Shown here: piece by piece, positions 1 through 9,854 of the stretch | Layout: the number at the start of each line of letters is the position of its first letter | Position numbering within the stretch: the first letter of the stretch is position 1 | Assembly: GCA_964373715.1 (NCBI GenBank) | Contig: CAYJVR010000001.1 | Coordinates: 85,164 to 149,163, forward strand | Direction: 5' to 3' | Length of the DNA stretch: 64,000 nt | Source: an uncultured Planctomycetia bacterium | Lineage (GTDB): Bacteria > Omnitrophota > Gorgyraeia > 1-14-0-20-64-10 | Position numbers and translations under genes: made by a program | Notes under the pieces: generated by a model | What the model was told of the DNA's origin: nothing | Database searches by the model: none | What the model saw: only the letters and a program-made list of their open reading frames with translations

Positions 1-1
1 T

Positions 2-1531
2 GCGGCTGAGGAAGCCTACAAGTCCGCGCTGATGATCAACCCTAAGCTGGCTGCCGCTTATACCAATTTGGGGCTTCTCTATGAGCGCCAGGGGAAGATC
101 AAAGAGGCCGGAGAGCAGTGGCAGACGCGGGTTAAGCTGGGTCCAGAGGCTGACCCGTGGGTGGAAAAGACCCGTGAGAAGCTCAGGAAATATAACCTTC
201 CGGTGCCGGAATCGCCTGAGTTTATGAAGAAAAAACGGGCGGACGAAATTCATCGGGCTTATGAAGCCGGGAAACTGCACCTGAAAGCCAAGCAATGGCA
301 GCAGGCTGCGGCTGAGTTTAAAAGGGTTTTAGAGCTTGAACCCAGCCATAAGGGAGCCTTGAAAGGGATGAAGGAGGCTGTCGCTGGTCTTCAAGCGGAG
401 GCCTCTGGTGAGCAGGATCCGCAGAAGATGCTTGAAAATGCTTATCAAGCCGGCCTTGTTTACCTGAAAGCGGGCAAGCTGGATCAAGCCGAGGCGGAGT
501 TCCAAAAAGTTCTTGCACTTAATCCGGATCATAAGGGTGCCGCCAAGGGTTTGCTTGATGTGCAGCAGGCTCGTGAGAAATGGAAAGTGTCGCCTCAGCA
601 GGATGCCAGGCTTTCCGCCATGGATGCCGCTCTTTTGGGCGAAGGGGCAACCGGCCAGGTAGACCAGGCAAAGCGTTGGGCTGAAGAAGCGGCGCGCAAA
701 GCGGAAGACGCGCGGCGCCGTCTTGAGGCTGCAAAGAAGTCAGCGGATGAATCCGACCGTCTCCTGCAGACGCGGCAGACCGAATTTGAGAAATGGAAAA
801 CTGAAGAGGCCAAGAGGGCCCGGTTATTGAAGGAGGCCGAGGAAGCGAAGAAGCAGGCCGGCAGCCGGACTGCGGAAGATGCGAAGAGGGTTCAGGTAGC
901 GCGTGACGTGGAAGCGGCGAAGAAACAGGCCCAAGAGGCCGGCGCTCAGGCTGAGAAGGCACAGAAGACCGCGGAAGTCGCCAAGAAAACCGCTCAAGGG
1001 GCCAACAGGGAAGGCGCAGTGCGTCAGGCGGACGAAGTTTCGCGCCGCGCGACGGAAGCGAAACAGGTTTCCGACGCAGCGATTAAAGAGGCCGACATGC
1101 TCCAGAAGCAGTTAGGGGTCTCCGCCGGCCAGCCGGAAGGTTCAGTCATAGTCAAGGGACAGAAAAAAGAGTCTGTTTTACCCGTGAAAGAGGCGAAACC
1201 GGCTAAGGCTGATAAAGAGTCCGCTTTTGAAGCCGCCGCGCAAATAGCCGCTTCAAAGAAAGAGGTTGCCCAGCCGCCGAAGAAGGAAGTTGTTTCTGCC
1301 GCTCCGGTTGGCGTAAAATCAGTGGCGAACGATATCGCCAAAGATAAAACGAAAGTGCGGCTGCAGACAATTCGGGAGCTTTATCAGCGCGGGGTTGCCG
1401 CTATGCGCCAGGGTAAGTATGATGAGGCGGTGACTAATTTTGAGCAGATATTGGCTCTGGATCCGAATCATCCGGAGGCCAAGCAGGGTTTGAAGCGGGC
1501 CCAGGTCGCTTTGTCCAAGTCGACCAAGTAG
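2..1531 (+). CDS. TPR-repeat protein with long Lys/Ala/Glu-rich coiled-coil segment (5' partial, continues upstream of window)
   Basis: The frame is open from nt 2. There are repeated TPR-like motifs (AYTNLGLLYERQGKIKEA, KGALKGMKEA, HKGAAKGL) and a central KAEEAKK-rich low-complexity region. The C-terminal TPR ends QGLKRAQVAL. Confidence 0.7.
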   Translation, partial: AAEEAYKSALMINPKLAAAYTNLGLLYERQGKIKEAGEQWQTRVKLGPEADPWVEKTREKLRKYNLPVPESPEFMKKKRADEIHRAYEAGKLHLKAKQWQQAAAEFKRVLELEPSHKGALKGMKEAVAGLQAEASGEQDPQKMLENAYQAGLVYLKAGKLDQAEAEFQKVLALNPDHKGAAKGLLDVQQAREKWKVSPQQDARLSAMDAALLGEGATGQVDQAKRWAEEAARKAEDARRRLEAAKKSADESDRLLQTRQTEFEKWKTEEAKRARLLKEAEEAKKQAGSRTAEDAKRVQVARDVEAAKKQAQEAGAQAEKAQKTAEVAKKTAQGANREGAVRQADEVSRRATEAKQVSDAAIKEADMLQKQLGVSAGQPEGSVIVKGQKKESVLPVKEAKPAKADKESAFEAAAQIAASKKEVAQPPKKEVVSAAPVGVKSVANDIAKDKTKVRLQTIRELYQRGVAAMRQGKYDEAVTNFEQILALDPNHPEAKQGLKRAQVALSKSTK

Positions 1532-1649
1532 CCTGTTTTAAACAAGATCCTTTTAGGAATTTCCTGAAGTCGCTTCGGACGTAAACAATCCCAATTTCGG
1601 AATGATTCCCTCTTTGCCATTGGTGTCGTCAATACATCGCTATCCCACA

Positions 1650-4253
1650 ATGAAGCTGAGCGGACGGTTTTTTTTAATTGATGGTTCGTCGTTTTGCTAC
1701 AGGGCCTTTTATGCGATCAAGAATTTGAGCACGTCAAAAGGCCAGCCGACGAATGCCGTCTACGGCGTTATCTCGATGCTCAGAAAATTGATTATGGAAG
1801 AGCAGCCGGAATATCTGGCTGTGGCTTTTGACCTGCCGAAGCCGACTTTTCGCCATATCCGCTATGAAGGGTACAAAGAACACCGCCGGCCGATGCCCGA
1901 AGCTCTGGTGAGCCAGATGCCGTTGATCAAGGAATTCTTCAAGGTGTTTAAGATTCCGGTCTTCGAGTTGGAAGGCTACGAAGCGGACGATGTTCTCGGA
2001 ACCCTCGCCCGGCGGACCTCTGCGGAGGGGATTGATGTCTTTTTGGTGACAGGAGACAAGGATCTTCTCCAATTGTTGAGCCCGAAGATCAAAGTTTACC
2101 GTCCCACCCAGGACGGGCATGAAGTTGTGGATGAGGAGACGCTCAACAAGAAATGGGGGCTTAAGCCCGGCCAGGTGGTGGAGGTCATGGCTTTGATGGG
2201 GGATGACACGGACGCGATCCCGGGTGTCCCCGGGATCGGCGAGAAAACCGCGGTGGAGTTGATCCGGAAGTTCGGATCGGTCCGGGAGATGATGGACCGT
2301 TTTCAGGAGATTCCGGGCGAAGCCCGCCGTTCCGCCATTGAAAAATACAAGGATCAGATGAATTTGAGCCGCGAATTGGCCGCTTTGGATACGGAGGTTC
2401 CTCTCGAACTGGATTTTCAATCTTTGCGCAGGAGGGAACCTGATGGGGAGGCCCTGTACCGTTTATTTCAGACACTCGAATTTAAGGCTTTGATGAAGGA
2501 GTTTGCCCCGCGCAGTGCGCGCAAAACCCTTTCCGTGAAGGCTGTCTCTTCGGAGAAAGAGTTCCGGACTCTTTTCCCGGAGATCCTCCGCGCCGGCCGG
2601 TTCGCGTTGGTCATCGCGAAGGGGGAGGGTCATCCGATGCGGGCCGAGGTCACGGCCATTGGATTAAGCTGGGCGGAGGGTGCCGCGTGCAGCCTTCCCG
2701 CCGATTTCCCTCCCCGCGCGTTGCGGGATTTGTTGTCCGACCCGAAACTCCTGAAGATTTGCCCTTCTTTGAAAGAGACGCTGGTGCTTCTGTCTCGGCG
2801 GGGAGAGTCGATCTCGGCGCCCTGGAATGATCCGCAGCTTTCTTCCTATTTGCTTGATCCGGCCCGGCCCTCCCATGAGATACCGGCTTTGGCTCAGGAA
2901 TTCCTTGAGGAGACAATCGATGAGGAAGATCCTCTTCAAGCGGCGGCTTTGGAAGCTGAAGCCGCGCTGAGGCTTGCGCCGACGCTTGAGCGGGAGATTG
3001 CCGACAAGGAGATGGTTGTTCTCTTAAATGAGGTCGAAATCCCTCTTGCCGAGATTTTGGCCCGGATCGAGACAGCCGGGATCGCGGTTGACTTAAAAGA
3101 GCTGGAGTTCCTCTCCAAAGAGATGGAGGGAACATTAAACGGGCTTATCGAGGAGATCCGCGCGCTTGCCGGGGGCGAGGCCTTCAATATCAATTCGCCG
3201 AAACAGCTGTCGCAGGTCCTTTTTGAACGGCTGAAGCTCCCGGTCATTAAAAAGACGAAAACCGGCGCTTCGACCGACGAAGAGGTCTTGAAGCGGTTGA
3301 GCTTGATGCACCCGCTGCCGGCAAAAATTTTGGAATACAGGGAAACGCATAAACTCAGATCCACCTACGTGGAGGCCCTCCCGAAGCTGGTGGATCCCCT
3401 CACGGGGCGGATTCACACCTCTTTAAACCAAACGGTGACGGCGACAGGGCGGTTGTCCTCCTCTAATCCGAATCTCCAAAACATCCCGATACGGACCGAA
3501 GCGGGGCGCCGGATCCGGCGCGCTTTTGTTTCGTCCGGACAGGGAAACCTGCTTCTGGCTGCCGATTATTCCCAGATCGAGCTGAGGATTATGGCGCATC
3601 TGTCTGAGGATGAGCGCCTTGTGAAGGCGTTTCTGGAGGGGGAGGACATCCACAAGGTGACCGCGGCGGAAATGTTTCACCTTAAACCCGAGGAGATCTC
3701 CGCTGACCAGAGGGCCGCGGCAAAAACGATCAATTTCGGGATCATCTACGGGATGACCCCGTTCGGCCTGGCCAAAGAACTCGGCATTTCTCCTCCCCAG
3801 GCGGAGGAATTCATCCAGAGCTATTTTGGGCGGTACCCGAAAGTCAAAGTTTACCTGCAGAAATCCTTGGAAGAGAGCCGCCAGAAAGGCTACTGCACGA
3901 CCATTTTCAACAGGCGCCGCTACATTCCCGAACTGCATTCGAAGGATCCGGTGATACGGCAGTTTGCCGAAAGGACGGCGATCAACGCCCCGATCCAGGG
4001 GTCGGCGGCCGATCTTATCAAGGTCGCGATGGTGGTTTTGGACCGGATCATGAGAAAGATGGGTCTCCGCTCCGTGATGATCCTTCAAGTCCACGATGAG
4101 CTTATTTTTGACGTGCCGAATGAGGAACTGGAAAAGATGAAGGGTCTTGTCAGAGAGGCCATGGAGTCCCCGACCCTTTCCGGAAAGACGGTAAAGCTTT
4201 CGGTTCCGATCGAGGTAAAGCTGAAAACCGGCCGCAGCTGGTTCGAGGCGTAA
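1650..4253 (+). CDS. polA: DNA polymerase I (Taq-like; 5'-nuclease + inactive 3'-5' exo spacer + polymerase)
   Basis: 5'-3' exonuclease motifs are present (LIDGSSFCYRAFYA, GDKDLLQL). The polymerase motifs are present (RRxxKxxNFGIIYG, QVHDELIFD). An alternative upstream ATG lies at 1602, and 1650 (MKLSGRFFLIDG) fits the family N-terminus better. Confidence 0.9.
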   Translation: MKLSGRFFLIDGSSFCYRAFYAIKNLSTSKGQPTNAVYGVISMLRKLIMEEQPEYLAVAFDLPKPTFRHIRYEGYKEHRRPMPEALVSQMPLIKEFFKVFKIPVFELEGYEADDVLGTLARRTSAEGIDVFLVTGDKDLLQLLSPKIKVYRPTQDGHEVVDEETLNKKWGLKPGQVVEVMALMGDDTDAIPGVPGIGEKTAVELIRKFGSVREMMDRFQEIPGEARRSAIEKYKDQMNLSRELAALDTEVPLELDFQSLRRREPDGEALYRLFQTLEFKALMKEFAPRSARKTLSVKAVSSEKEFRTLFPEILRAGRFALVIAKGEGHPMRAEVTAIGLSWAEGAACSLPADFPPRALRDLLSDPKLLKICPSLKETLVLLSRRGESISAPWNDPQLSSYLLDPARPSHEIPALAQEFLEETIDEEDPLQAAALEAEAALRLAPTLEREIADKEMVVLLNEVEIPLAEILARIETAGIAVDLKELEFLSKEMEGTLNGLIEEIRALAGGEAFNINSPKQLSQVLFERLKLPVIKKTKTGASTDEEVLKRLSLMHPLPAKILEYRETHKLRSTYVEALPKLVDPLTGRIHTSLNQTVTATGRLSSSNPNLQNIPIRTEAGRRIRRAFVSSGQGNLLLAADYSQIELRIMAHLSEDERLVKAFLEGEDIHKVTAAEMFHLKPEEISADQRAAAKTINFGIIYGMTPFGLAKELGISPPQAEEFIQSYFGRYPKVKVYLQKSLEESRQKGYCTTIFNRRRYIPELHSKDPVIRQFAERTAINAPIQGSAADLIKVAMVVLDRIMRKMGLRSVMILQVHDELIFDVPNEELEKMKGLVREAMESPTLSGKTVKLSVPIEVKLKTGRSWFEA

Positions 4254-4257
4254 AGTT

Positions 4258-5640
4258 ATGGTTGCGGCTATGGTTGTCTCCGAGATGGACCCGTACGCAA
4301 AAACCGGCGGGCTCGGTGTTGTTGCGGCTTCTCTTCCTGCCGCTTTGGCGAAACAGGGGGTCAAGGTCCACCTTTTCTTGCCCCATTACGCCTGCGTTCA
4401 AGAAAGGCGCCCGCAGGCACAGTTTCGGGAGGGGGTGACGGTTCATTTCGTGGATCACCCCGGTTATTTTCAGCGTTCAGGGTTGTATGGCGATCGAAGA
4501 GGGGATTACCCCGACAATTTGGAGCGGTTCAGTTTTTTCTGCCGAAGAGTGTTGGAAACGCTCAGCGCGAAAGGGATAGCTCCGAACATCCTGCATGCGC
4601 ATGACTGGCAGGCGGCGATGAGCGTTGTCTATCTCAAAACCTTGTTTAAGACGGAACCCTGTTTCGCGAAAACTGCGGCCGCTATGACGATCCATAACCT
4701 GGCCTATCAGGGTATTTTTCCGAAAGAGAGCTACCCTAAGTTGGGGATTCCCTGGGAGCTGTTCGCCATCGAGGGACTGGAATTCTACGGAGCGGTGAAC
4801 CTCCTGAAGGGGGGCATTGTTTTTGCCGACGCGATTACAACAGTCAGCCCCGGCTATGCGCACGAGGTCCAGGGGATAGAACAGGGGGCCGGCCTTGATG
4901 GCGTGCTGCGTTCGAGGGCAAACCGGCTTGTCGGCATATTGAACGGGATTGACGATGTTTCGTGGGATCCCGCCGCCGACCGGGTTTTGGCCAGCGGGTA
5001 CGATGACAGGAGCCTCTCGAAAAAAAAGCAGAACAAAGCGGTTTTGCAGGAGGAGCTCGGACTGCCTGTTTCTTCAAAGGCATTCCTGATCGGTATGGTG
5101 ACCCGTCTCGCGGCGCAGAAGGGTTTTGAATTGCTCATCGAAGCTCTTCCCCGGTTTAAGGCGCTTGGTCTGCAGCTTGTCATCTTAGGCTCGGGGGATA
5201 AGGGGATTGAGGAGGCTCTGAAAAAAGCGGTTCGCCGGTCGAACTGGATGAGAGTCCGGTTTGCTTTTGATGAGGCGCTTTCTAGGCGGATATATGCCGG
5301 TGCGGACGCTTTCTTAATGCCGTCGCTTTACGAACCGTGCGGTTTGGGCCAGATGATCGCCATGCGTTATGGGACAGTCCCGATTGTTCGGGCTACCGGC
5401 GGTTTAAGGGATACGGTGGCGGACGCCGATTCCGATAAGAAGATGGGAAAAGGATTTTGTTTTGAGCCGTTTACCGCCGGGGCGTTGACCGATGCGGTCG
5501 AGAGGGCCATGAAGACCTACAAAACGCCCAAGCTCTGGACGGTTCTCCAGCAGAGGGGGATGTCCACCGATTTTTCGTGGGATCAGTCGGGCAAGGAGTA
5601 CCTGCGGCTTTATCAAAGGTTGTGCAAGGGGCTGCGGTGA
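4258..5640 (+). CDS. glgA: glycogen synthase (ADP-glucose type)
   Basis: The N-terminal KTGGLGVV motif is present. The GT-B C-terminal domain is present (PSLYEPCGLGQMIAMRYGTVPIV). The protein is 460 aa. Confidence 0.9.
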   Translation: MVAAMVVSEMDPYAKTGGLGVVAASLPAALAKQGVKVHLFLPHYACVQERRPQAQFREGVTVHFVDHPGYFQRSGLYGDRRGDYPDNLERFSFFCRRVLETLSAKGIAPNILHAHDWQAAMSVVYLKTLFKTEPCFAKTAAAMTIHNLAYQGIFPKESYPKLGIPWELFAIEGLEFYGAVNLLKGGIVFADAITTVSPGYAHEVQGIEQGAGLDGVLRSRANRLVGILNGIDDVSWDPAADRVLASGYDDRSLSKKKQNKAVLQEELGLPVSSKAFLIGMVTRLAAQKGFELLIEALPRFKALGLQLVILGSGDKGIEEALKKAVRRSNWMRVRFAFDEALSRRIYAGADAFLMPSLYEPCGLGQMIAMRYGTVPIVRATGGLRDTVADADSDKKMGKGFCFEPFTAGALTDAVERAMKTYKTPKLWTVLQQRGMSTDFSWDQSGKEYLRLYQRLCKGLR

Positions 5641-6242
5641 TCGTGATCGGCGTCACCGGCGGAATCGGTACCGGAAAATCAATCGTCTCCAGAATGTTCG
5701 GGCAGCTTGGCGCCAAAGTTCTTGACGCCGATCGGGTGACCCATGAGCTGATGAGGCCCGGTACGGTTGTGTGGAAAAGGATCCGGTCGCTTTTTGGAGA
5801 AGGGGTTTTCAGTTCTTCCGGCGAGATAGACAGGCGCAGGCTGGGTGGGATTGTGTTTAAAGACAGGAAAAAACTGGAACAGCTCAGCCGGATCGTGCAT
5901 CCGGCGGTGCGCCGGCGGTTTCGGGAGAGGATGGCGCAGATCAGGCGCGAGGATCCCCGGTCGGTGGTCGTGCTGGATGTGCCTCTTCTCGTCGAGGCCG
6001 GTCCGGCTTATAAAGTGGATGCGCTCGTTGTCGTCTCGGCCTCCATGCGTACGGCGGCGAAGCGCTTGAAGGCACGATCCGGATGGTCATGGAAGGAGTT
6101 TAAGAAAAGGTCTTCATTTCAGTTACCGCTCCGGCAAAAGGAACGGGTCGCGGATTTTATTGTCAAAAACGGTGGATCTCAGGCGGCCACGCGCCGCCAG
6201 GTGGTCCAAATATGGAATCAAGTGTGTAGAGGAGAAAGTTAA
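5637..6242 (+). CDS. coaE: dephospho-CoA kinase
   Basis: The GTG start overlaps the glgA stop (GTGA). There is a P-loop GVTGGIGTGKS and a DADRVTHEL motif. Confidence 0.85.
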   Translation: MIVIGVTGGIGTGKSIVSRMFGQLGAKVLDADRVTHELMRPGTVVWKRIRSLFGEGVFSSSGEIDRRRLGGIVFKDRKKLEQLSRIVHPAVRRRFRERMAQIRREDPRSVVVLDVPLLVEAGPAYKVDALVVVSASMRTAAKRLKARSGWSWKEFKKRSSFQLPLRQKERVADFIVKNGGSQAATRRQVVQIWNQVCRGES

Positions 6243-7538
6243 ATGGCAGAAGAAAAAGAGAGTCAAGCCGGCACGGCGCAAGGGCCGAGCCTGGATCTTG
6301 CGAAGCTTAAACAGATGACGATCCAAGAGCTCAATAAGCTTGCGAAGGAGCTCAACGTCAACGGGGTATCCGGCCTGAAGAAGCAGGATTTGATCTTCAA
6401 GATCCTGCAGGGCCAAGCCGAAAGGGAAGGCAATATGTTCGGTGCCGGCGTTTTGGAGATCCTTCCGGACGGATTCGGTTTCTTGAGGTCTCCGAACTAC
6501 AATTATCTTCCGAGTCCGGATGATATTTACGTTTCTCCGAGCCAGATCCGCCGGTTTGATTTGAGGACCGGCGACACGGTCTCCGGCCAGATTCGGCCGC
6601 CCAAAGAGGGAGAGCGGTATTTCGCTCTTCTTAAGGTGGAGGCGGTTAATATGGAGAACCCGGAACATGCCAAGGAGAAGATATTGTTTGACAACCTGAC
6701 TCCGCACTACGCCCATGAGCGGTACCGGCTCGAGACCGATGCGAAAGAGGTCTCGACCCGGGTTCTTGATCTGTTGGCCCCGATCGGCAAGGGGCAGAGG
6801 GGCCTGATCGTAGCGCCTCCCTACAGCGGTAAGACTGTGCTGCTTCAGAAGATCGCCAACGCGCTTACGAAGAACTATCCCGATATGGTGCTGATCGTTC
6901 TGCTCATTGACGAGCGTCCTGAAGAGGTTACCGATATGCAGCAGTCGGTTAAGGGGGAGGTTGTTTCCTCCACCTTTGATGAGCCGGCCGAGCGCCATAT
7001 CCAGGTGGCCGAGATCGTCCTCGAGAAGGCCAAGAGGCTCGTTGAGCACAAAAAGGATGTAGTGGTCCTCTTGGACTCCATAACGCGGCTCGCGAGGGCT
7101 TATAATACGGTGGCTCCGCACAGCGGCCGCATTTTAAGCGGTGGTGTGGACGCGACGGCCCTGCACAAACCGAAGAGATTCTTCGGGGCGGCGCGCGCCG
7201 TTCAGGAGGGAGGCAGCCTCACGATCATCGCGACGGCTCTGATCGATACCGGAAGCCGTATGGATGAGGTTATCTTCGAGGAGTTCAAGGGAACCGGCAA
7301 CCTGGAGATCACTCTGGACAGGAACCTCTTCCAAAAGAGGATTTACCCTGCCCTCGATATCTCCCGGTGCAACACCCGTAAGGAAGAGTTGCTGCTGGAA
7401 CCGGATGAGATCAAGAAGATCTGGATCCTCCGGAAAGTGCTGAAAGAGTTGAGCCAGGATGAAGCGATGGAACTTCTCATCGACCGGCTCAGCAAAAGCA
7501 AGACGAACACCGATTTCTTAGGGAATATGAATCAGTGA
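6243..7538 (+). CDS. rho: transcription termination factor Rho
   Basis: There is an N-terminal Rho_N domain followed by a cold-shock-like RNA-binding domain. The RecA-like ATPase domain is present ([15 protein letters not shown]). The protein is 431 aa. Confidence 0.95.
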   Translation: MAEEKESQAGTAQGPSLDLAKLKQMTIQELNKLAKELNVNGVSGLKKQDLIFKILQGQAEREGNMFGAGVLEILPDGFGFLRSPNYNYLPSPDDIYVSPSQIRRFDLRTGDTVSGQIRPPKEGERYFALLKVEAVNMENPEHAKEKILFDNLTPHYAHERYRLETDAKEVSTRVLDLLAPIGKGQRGLIVAPPYSGKTVLLQKIANALTKNYPDMVLIVLLIDERPEEVTDMQQSVKGEVVSSTFDEPAERHIQVAEIVLEKAKRLVEHKKDVVVLLDSITRLARAYNTVAPHSGRILSGGVDATALHKPKRFFGAARAVQEGGSLTIIATALIDTGSRMDEVIFEEFKGTGNLEITLDRNLFQKRIYPALDISRCNTRKEELLLEPDEIKKIWILRKVLKELSQDEAMELLIDRLSKSKTNTDFLGNMNQ

Positions 7539-7557
7539 TAAAAGAAAGGGGAAGAGA

Positions 7558-7770
7558 ATGAAGTCCGATATTCACCCGAGCTATAAACCGATCATAATCA
7601 GCTGCGCTTGCGGGGAGGTCATTCACACCCGTTCCACCAAGGGGGGGAACATCCGAGTGGAGATCTGCTCCAAGTGCCATCCGTTTTTTACCGGCACGCA
7701 GAAGTTTATTGATACGGCCGGCCGCGTGGACCGGTTCCGTAAGAAGTTCGAAAAGAAAACCGGTGCTTGA
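7558..7770 (+). CDS. rpmE: 50S ribosomal protein L31 (zinc-binding type A)
   Basis: The sequence reads [21 protein letters not shown]...[10 protein letters not shown] and is 70 aa. Confidence 0.95.
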   Translation: MKSDIHPSYKPIIISCACGEVIHTRSTKGGNIRVEICSKCHPFFTGTQKFIDTAGRVDRFRKKFEKKTGA

Positions 7771-7791
7771 ACCTGAAACATTGCGGCTTAT

Positions 7792-7831
7792 TTTTTACGG
7801 TGCCCCCGCGTGTTTCCCGGTGCCGTAAAAA
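7792..7831. other. 13-bp-stem inverted repeat (tttttacggtgcc / ggtgccgtaaaaa, two G.U pairs) with 14-nt loop in the rpmE-prfA spacer
   Basis: Direct inspection of the sequence. The T-run lies inside the 5' arm rather than 3' of the stem. It is therefore not a canonical intrinsic terminator. Confidence 0.5.
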
Positions 7832-7866
7832 TCATTTACCCGCCGTTTCCTCGATTGGATCGAGCC

Positions 7867-8964
7867 ATGACTGCAGCCCTTCAAGCCATTGAAAGCCGAC
7901 TCAAGCGGTTTCGGGAACTCGAACAGCTTTTGTCCGACGCCTCCGTTGTTTCGAACCCGAAACAGGTCAGGGAGTACGCCAAAGAGCATGCCGGCTTGAA
8001 GCCTCTCATCGAGAAATACATGGAATACCAACGCGTGCTTGAACATGTCCGTGTCACCCGACAGATGCTTGATTCCGGCGAAGCGCACGGCGAGATGATC
8101 GGTCTGGCCGAAGAGGAGCTAAATGGGCTGAAGGAGCGCTGCGGACTGCTGGAAAAAGAACTGGAGCTGCTTCTCATTGAAGAGGATCCGGTCGATGAAA
8201 AGAGCGCGATTATGGAGATCCGCGCCGGAACCGGAGGGGCGGAAGCGGCGCTTTTCGCGGCCGATTTGTACCGGATGTACACCCGGTATTCGGCGCAGCA
8301 GGCGTGGAAGGTTGAGCCTCTCTCCATGAGCGCCACCGAGGCTGGCGGTTTTAAAGAGGTGGTGTTTGCAGTCGAAGGGGCGGGGGTCTTCCGGAATTTG
8401 AAGTTTGAAAGCGGCGTCCACCGGGTCCAGCGGGTCCCGGACACGGAAGCCTCCGGGCGCATCCACACATCGACCGTTACCGTGGCGGTGTTGCCCGAAG
8501 CGGAAGAGGTCGACGTCGAGATAGATCCAAAGGACCTGAGGATCGACGTCTACCGCTCTTCCGGTCCCGGCGGCCAGGGGGTCAACACGACTGATTCTGC
8601 CGTCCGGATTACCCATATTCCGAGCGGTCTGGTGGTCAGTTGCCAAGACGAACGATCTCAGTTGAAGAATAAAGCGAAGGCGATGAAGGTTTTAAGGGCC
8701 CGTCTTTTTGAGCGCAAAACGCAGGAACAGCAGGCGAAGCGGGCTTCAGAGCGAAAGTTGCAGATCGGCACGGGCGAACGTTCTGAAAAGATCCGGACTT
8801 ATAATTTTCCTGATCGTCGCGTGACCGACCATCGGATAGGTTTTACCTCACACCGGTTGGAGGATATACTCAACGGCGCGATGGATGAGCTGATTGGGCC
8901 TCTGAGGGAAGCTGATCGCCAGGCCCGCTTAAAGAGGAACAGCGGATCGGGAGGTAGGCCGTGA
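7867..8964 (+). CDS. prfA: peptide chain release factor 1
   Basis: The GGQ motif is present (SGPGGQGVNTTDSAVRITHIPSG). The PxT tripeptide region is present. The chosen start MTAALQAIESRL matches the RF1 N-terminus. The ORF track extends further, to 7810. Confidence 0.92.
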   Translation: MTAALQAIESRLKRFRELEQLLSDASVVSNPKQVREYAKEHAGLKPLIEKYMEYQRVLEHVRVTRQMLDSGEAHGEMIGLAEEELNGLKERCGLLEKELELLLIEEDPVDEKSAIMEIRAGTGGAEAALFAADLYRMYTRYSAQQAWKVEPLSMSATEAGGFKEVVFAVEGAGVFRNLKFESGVHRVQRVPDTEASGRIHTSTVTVAVLPEAEEVDVEIDPKDLRIDVYRSSGPGGQGVNTTDSAVRITHIPSGLVVSCQDERSQLKNKAKAMKVLRARLFERKTQEQQAKRASERKLQIGTGERSEKIRTYNFPDRRVTDHRIGFTSHRLEDILNGAMDELIGPLREADRQARLKRNSGSGGRP

Positions 8965-9854
8965 TGCGGACTCCGGCGGCGTTCGGCGTCGCTTCAGGTT
9001 CTTGCCAGGCTATCCTGTCGGAGGCTGAGCGTTTCCTGGAGGCGGCGCGGGTGGAGAGTCCTCGCTGGACGGCGGAGCAGCTTTTGAGCGGCCGGCTTCA
9101 GTGCCGGCCCATCGAGCTTTATCTTGAGTCCCCCCCGATTTCCGAGAAGGAGAAGGCTCGGTTCCAAGCGGATCTCGCGGCCCGTGTAAACGGCGTTCCT
9201 CTGCAGTACCTGACGGGGATCGCCGGTTTTTACGGGCGAGATTTTTTCGTCGGTCCAGGTGTTTTTATTCCTCGGCCGGAAACGGAAGTTCTTGTGGATA
9301 CGGTGCTGTATCTGTGCGGCCACCTGCAGGTCGCCCGGGGGGGCAGCCGGCTCAAGGTCGCCGATATAGGGGCTGGATCGGGGGCGATCGCGGTGACGGT
9401 GGCTCTTGAAAGGCAGGGGACGGCTGTTTTCGCCGTCGAACGTTCGACGGCGGCCATGTCGTTCGCCCGGAGAAATGCGGAAAGGCATAAGGCGGAAGTC
9501 TTCTTTCTGCAGGGTTCTCTTTTGGCCCCCCTTTCCGGGACTTCGCTGGATTTAATCGCTTCGAACCTCCCTTATCTGAATCCAGAGGGGGCTGCCGGCT
9601 GGCCGAAGGAACTCCATTGGGAACCTTGGTTGGCGTTGGATGGAGGAGACCGCGGGATTTTCTGGATACGGGAGCTCCTTCGGCAGGCGCCGCCGGTTTT
9701 AAGTGCCGGAGGGAAAATCGTTCTTGAAATCGGAGAGGATCATGCAGAACTCGTGCGGCAGGCCGCGCAAACCCATGGTTTTGAAGTAGAGCGGATTGTA
9801 CACGATCTTGCGGGCCGGGACAGGGTTGTTGTACTCAAGGAGAAATCATCCTAG
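8961..9854 (+). CDS. prmC: release factor glutamine N5-methyltransferase
   Basis: The NLPY motif is present (IASNLPYLNPEG). The SAM-binding DIGAGSGAIAV motif is present. The gene is immediately downstream of prfA with a 4-nt overlap. Confidence 0.9.
   Translation: MMRTPAAFGVASGSCQAILSEAERFLEAARVESPRWTAEQLLSGRLQCRPIELYLESPPISEKEKARFQADLAARVNGVPLQYLTGIAGFYGRDFFVGPGVFIPRPETEVLVDTVLYLCGHLQVARGGSRLKVADIGAGSGAIAVTVALERQGTAVFAVERSTAAMSFARRNAERHKAEVFFLQGSLLAPLSGTSLDLIASNLPYLNPEGAAGWPKELHWEPWLALDGGDRGIFWIRELLRQAPPVLSAGGKIVLEIGEDHAELVRQAAQTHGFEVERIVHDLAGRDRVVVLKEKSS

Noticed and set aside
4844-5183. Short overlapping minus-strand ORFs inside glgA and elsewhere (60-110 aa)
   Set aside because: They are embedded antisense within conserved genes and have no supporting signals.
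6123-7121. 332-aa ORF on the minus strand opposite rho
   Set aside because: It lies wholly antisense to a strongly conserved gene in a high-GC genome. It has no recognisable motifs. This is the typical stop-codon-poor antisense frame artefact.
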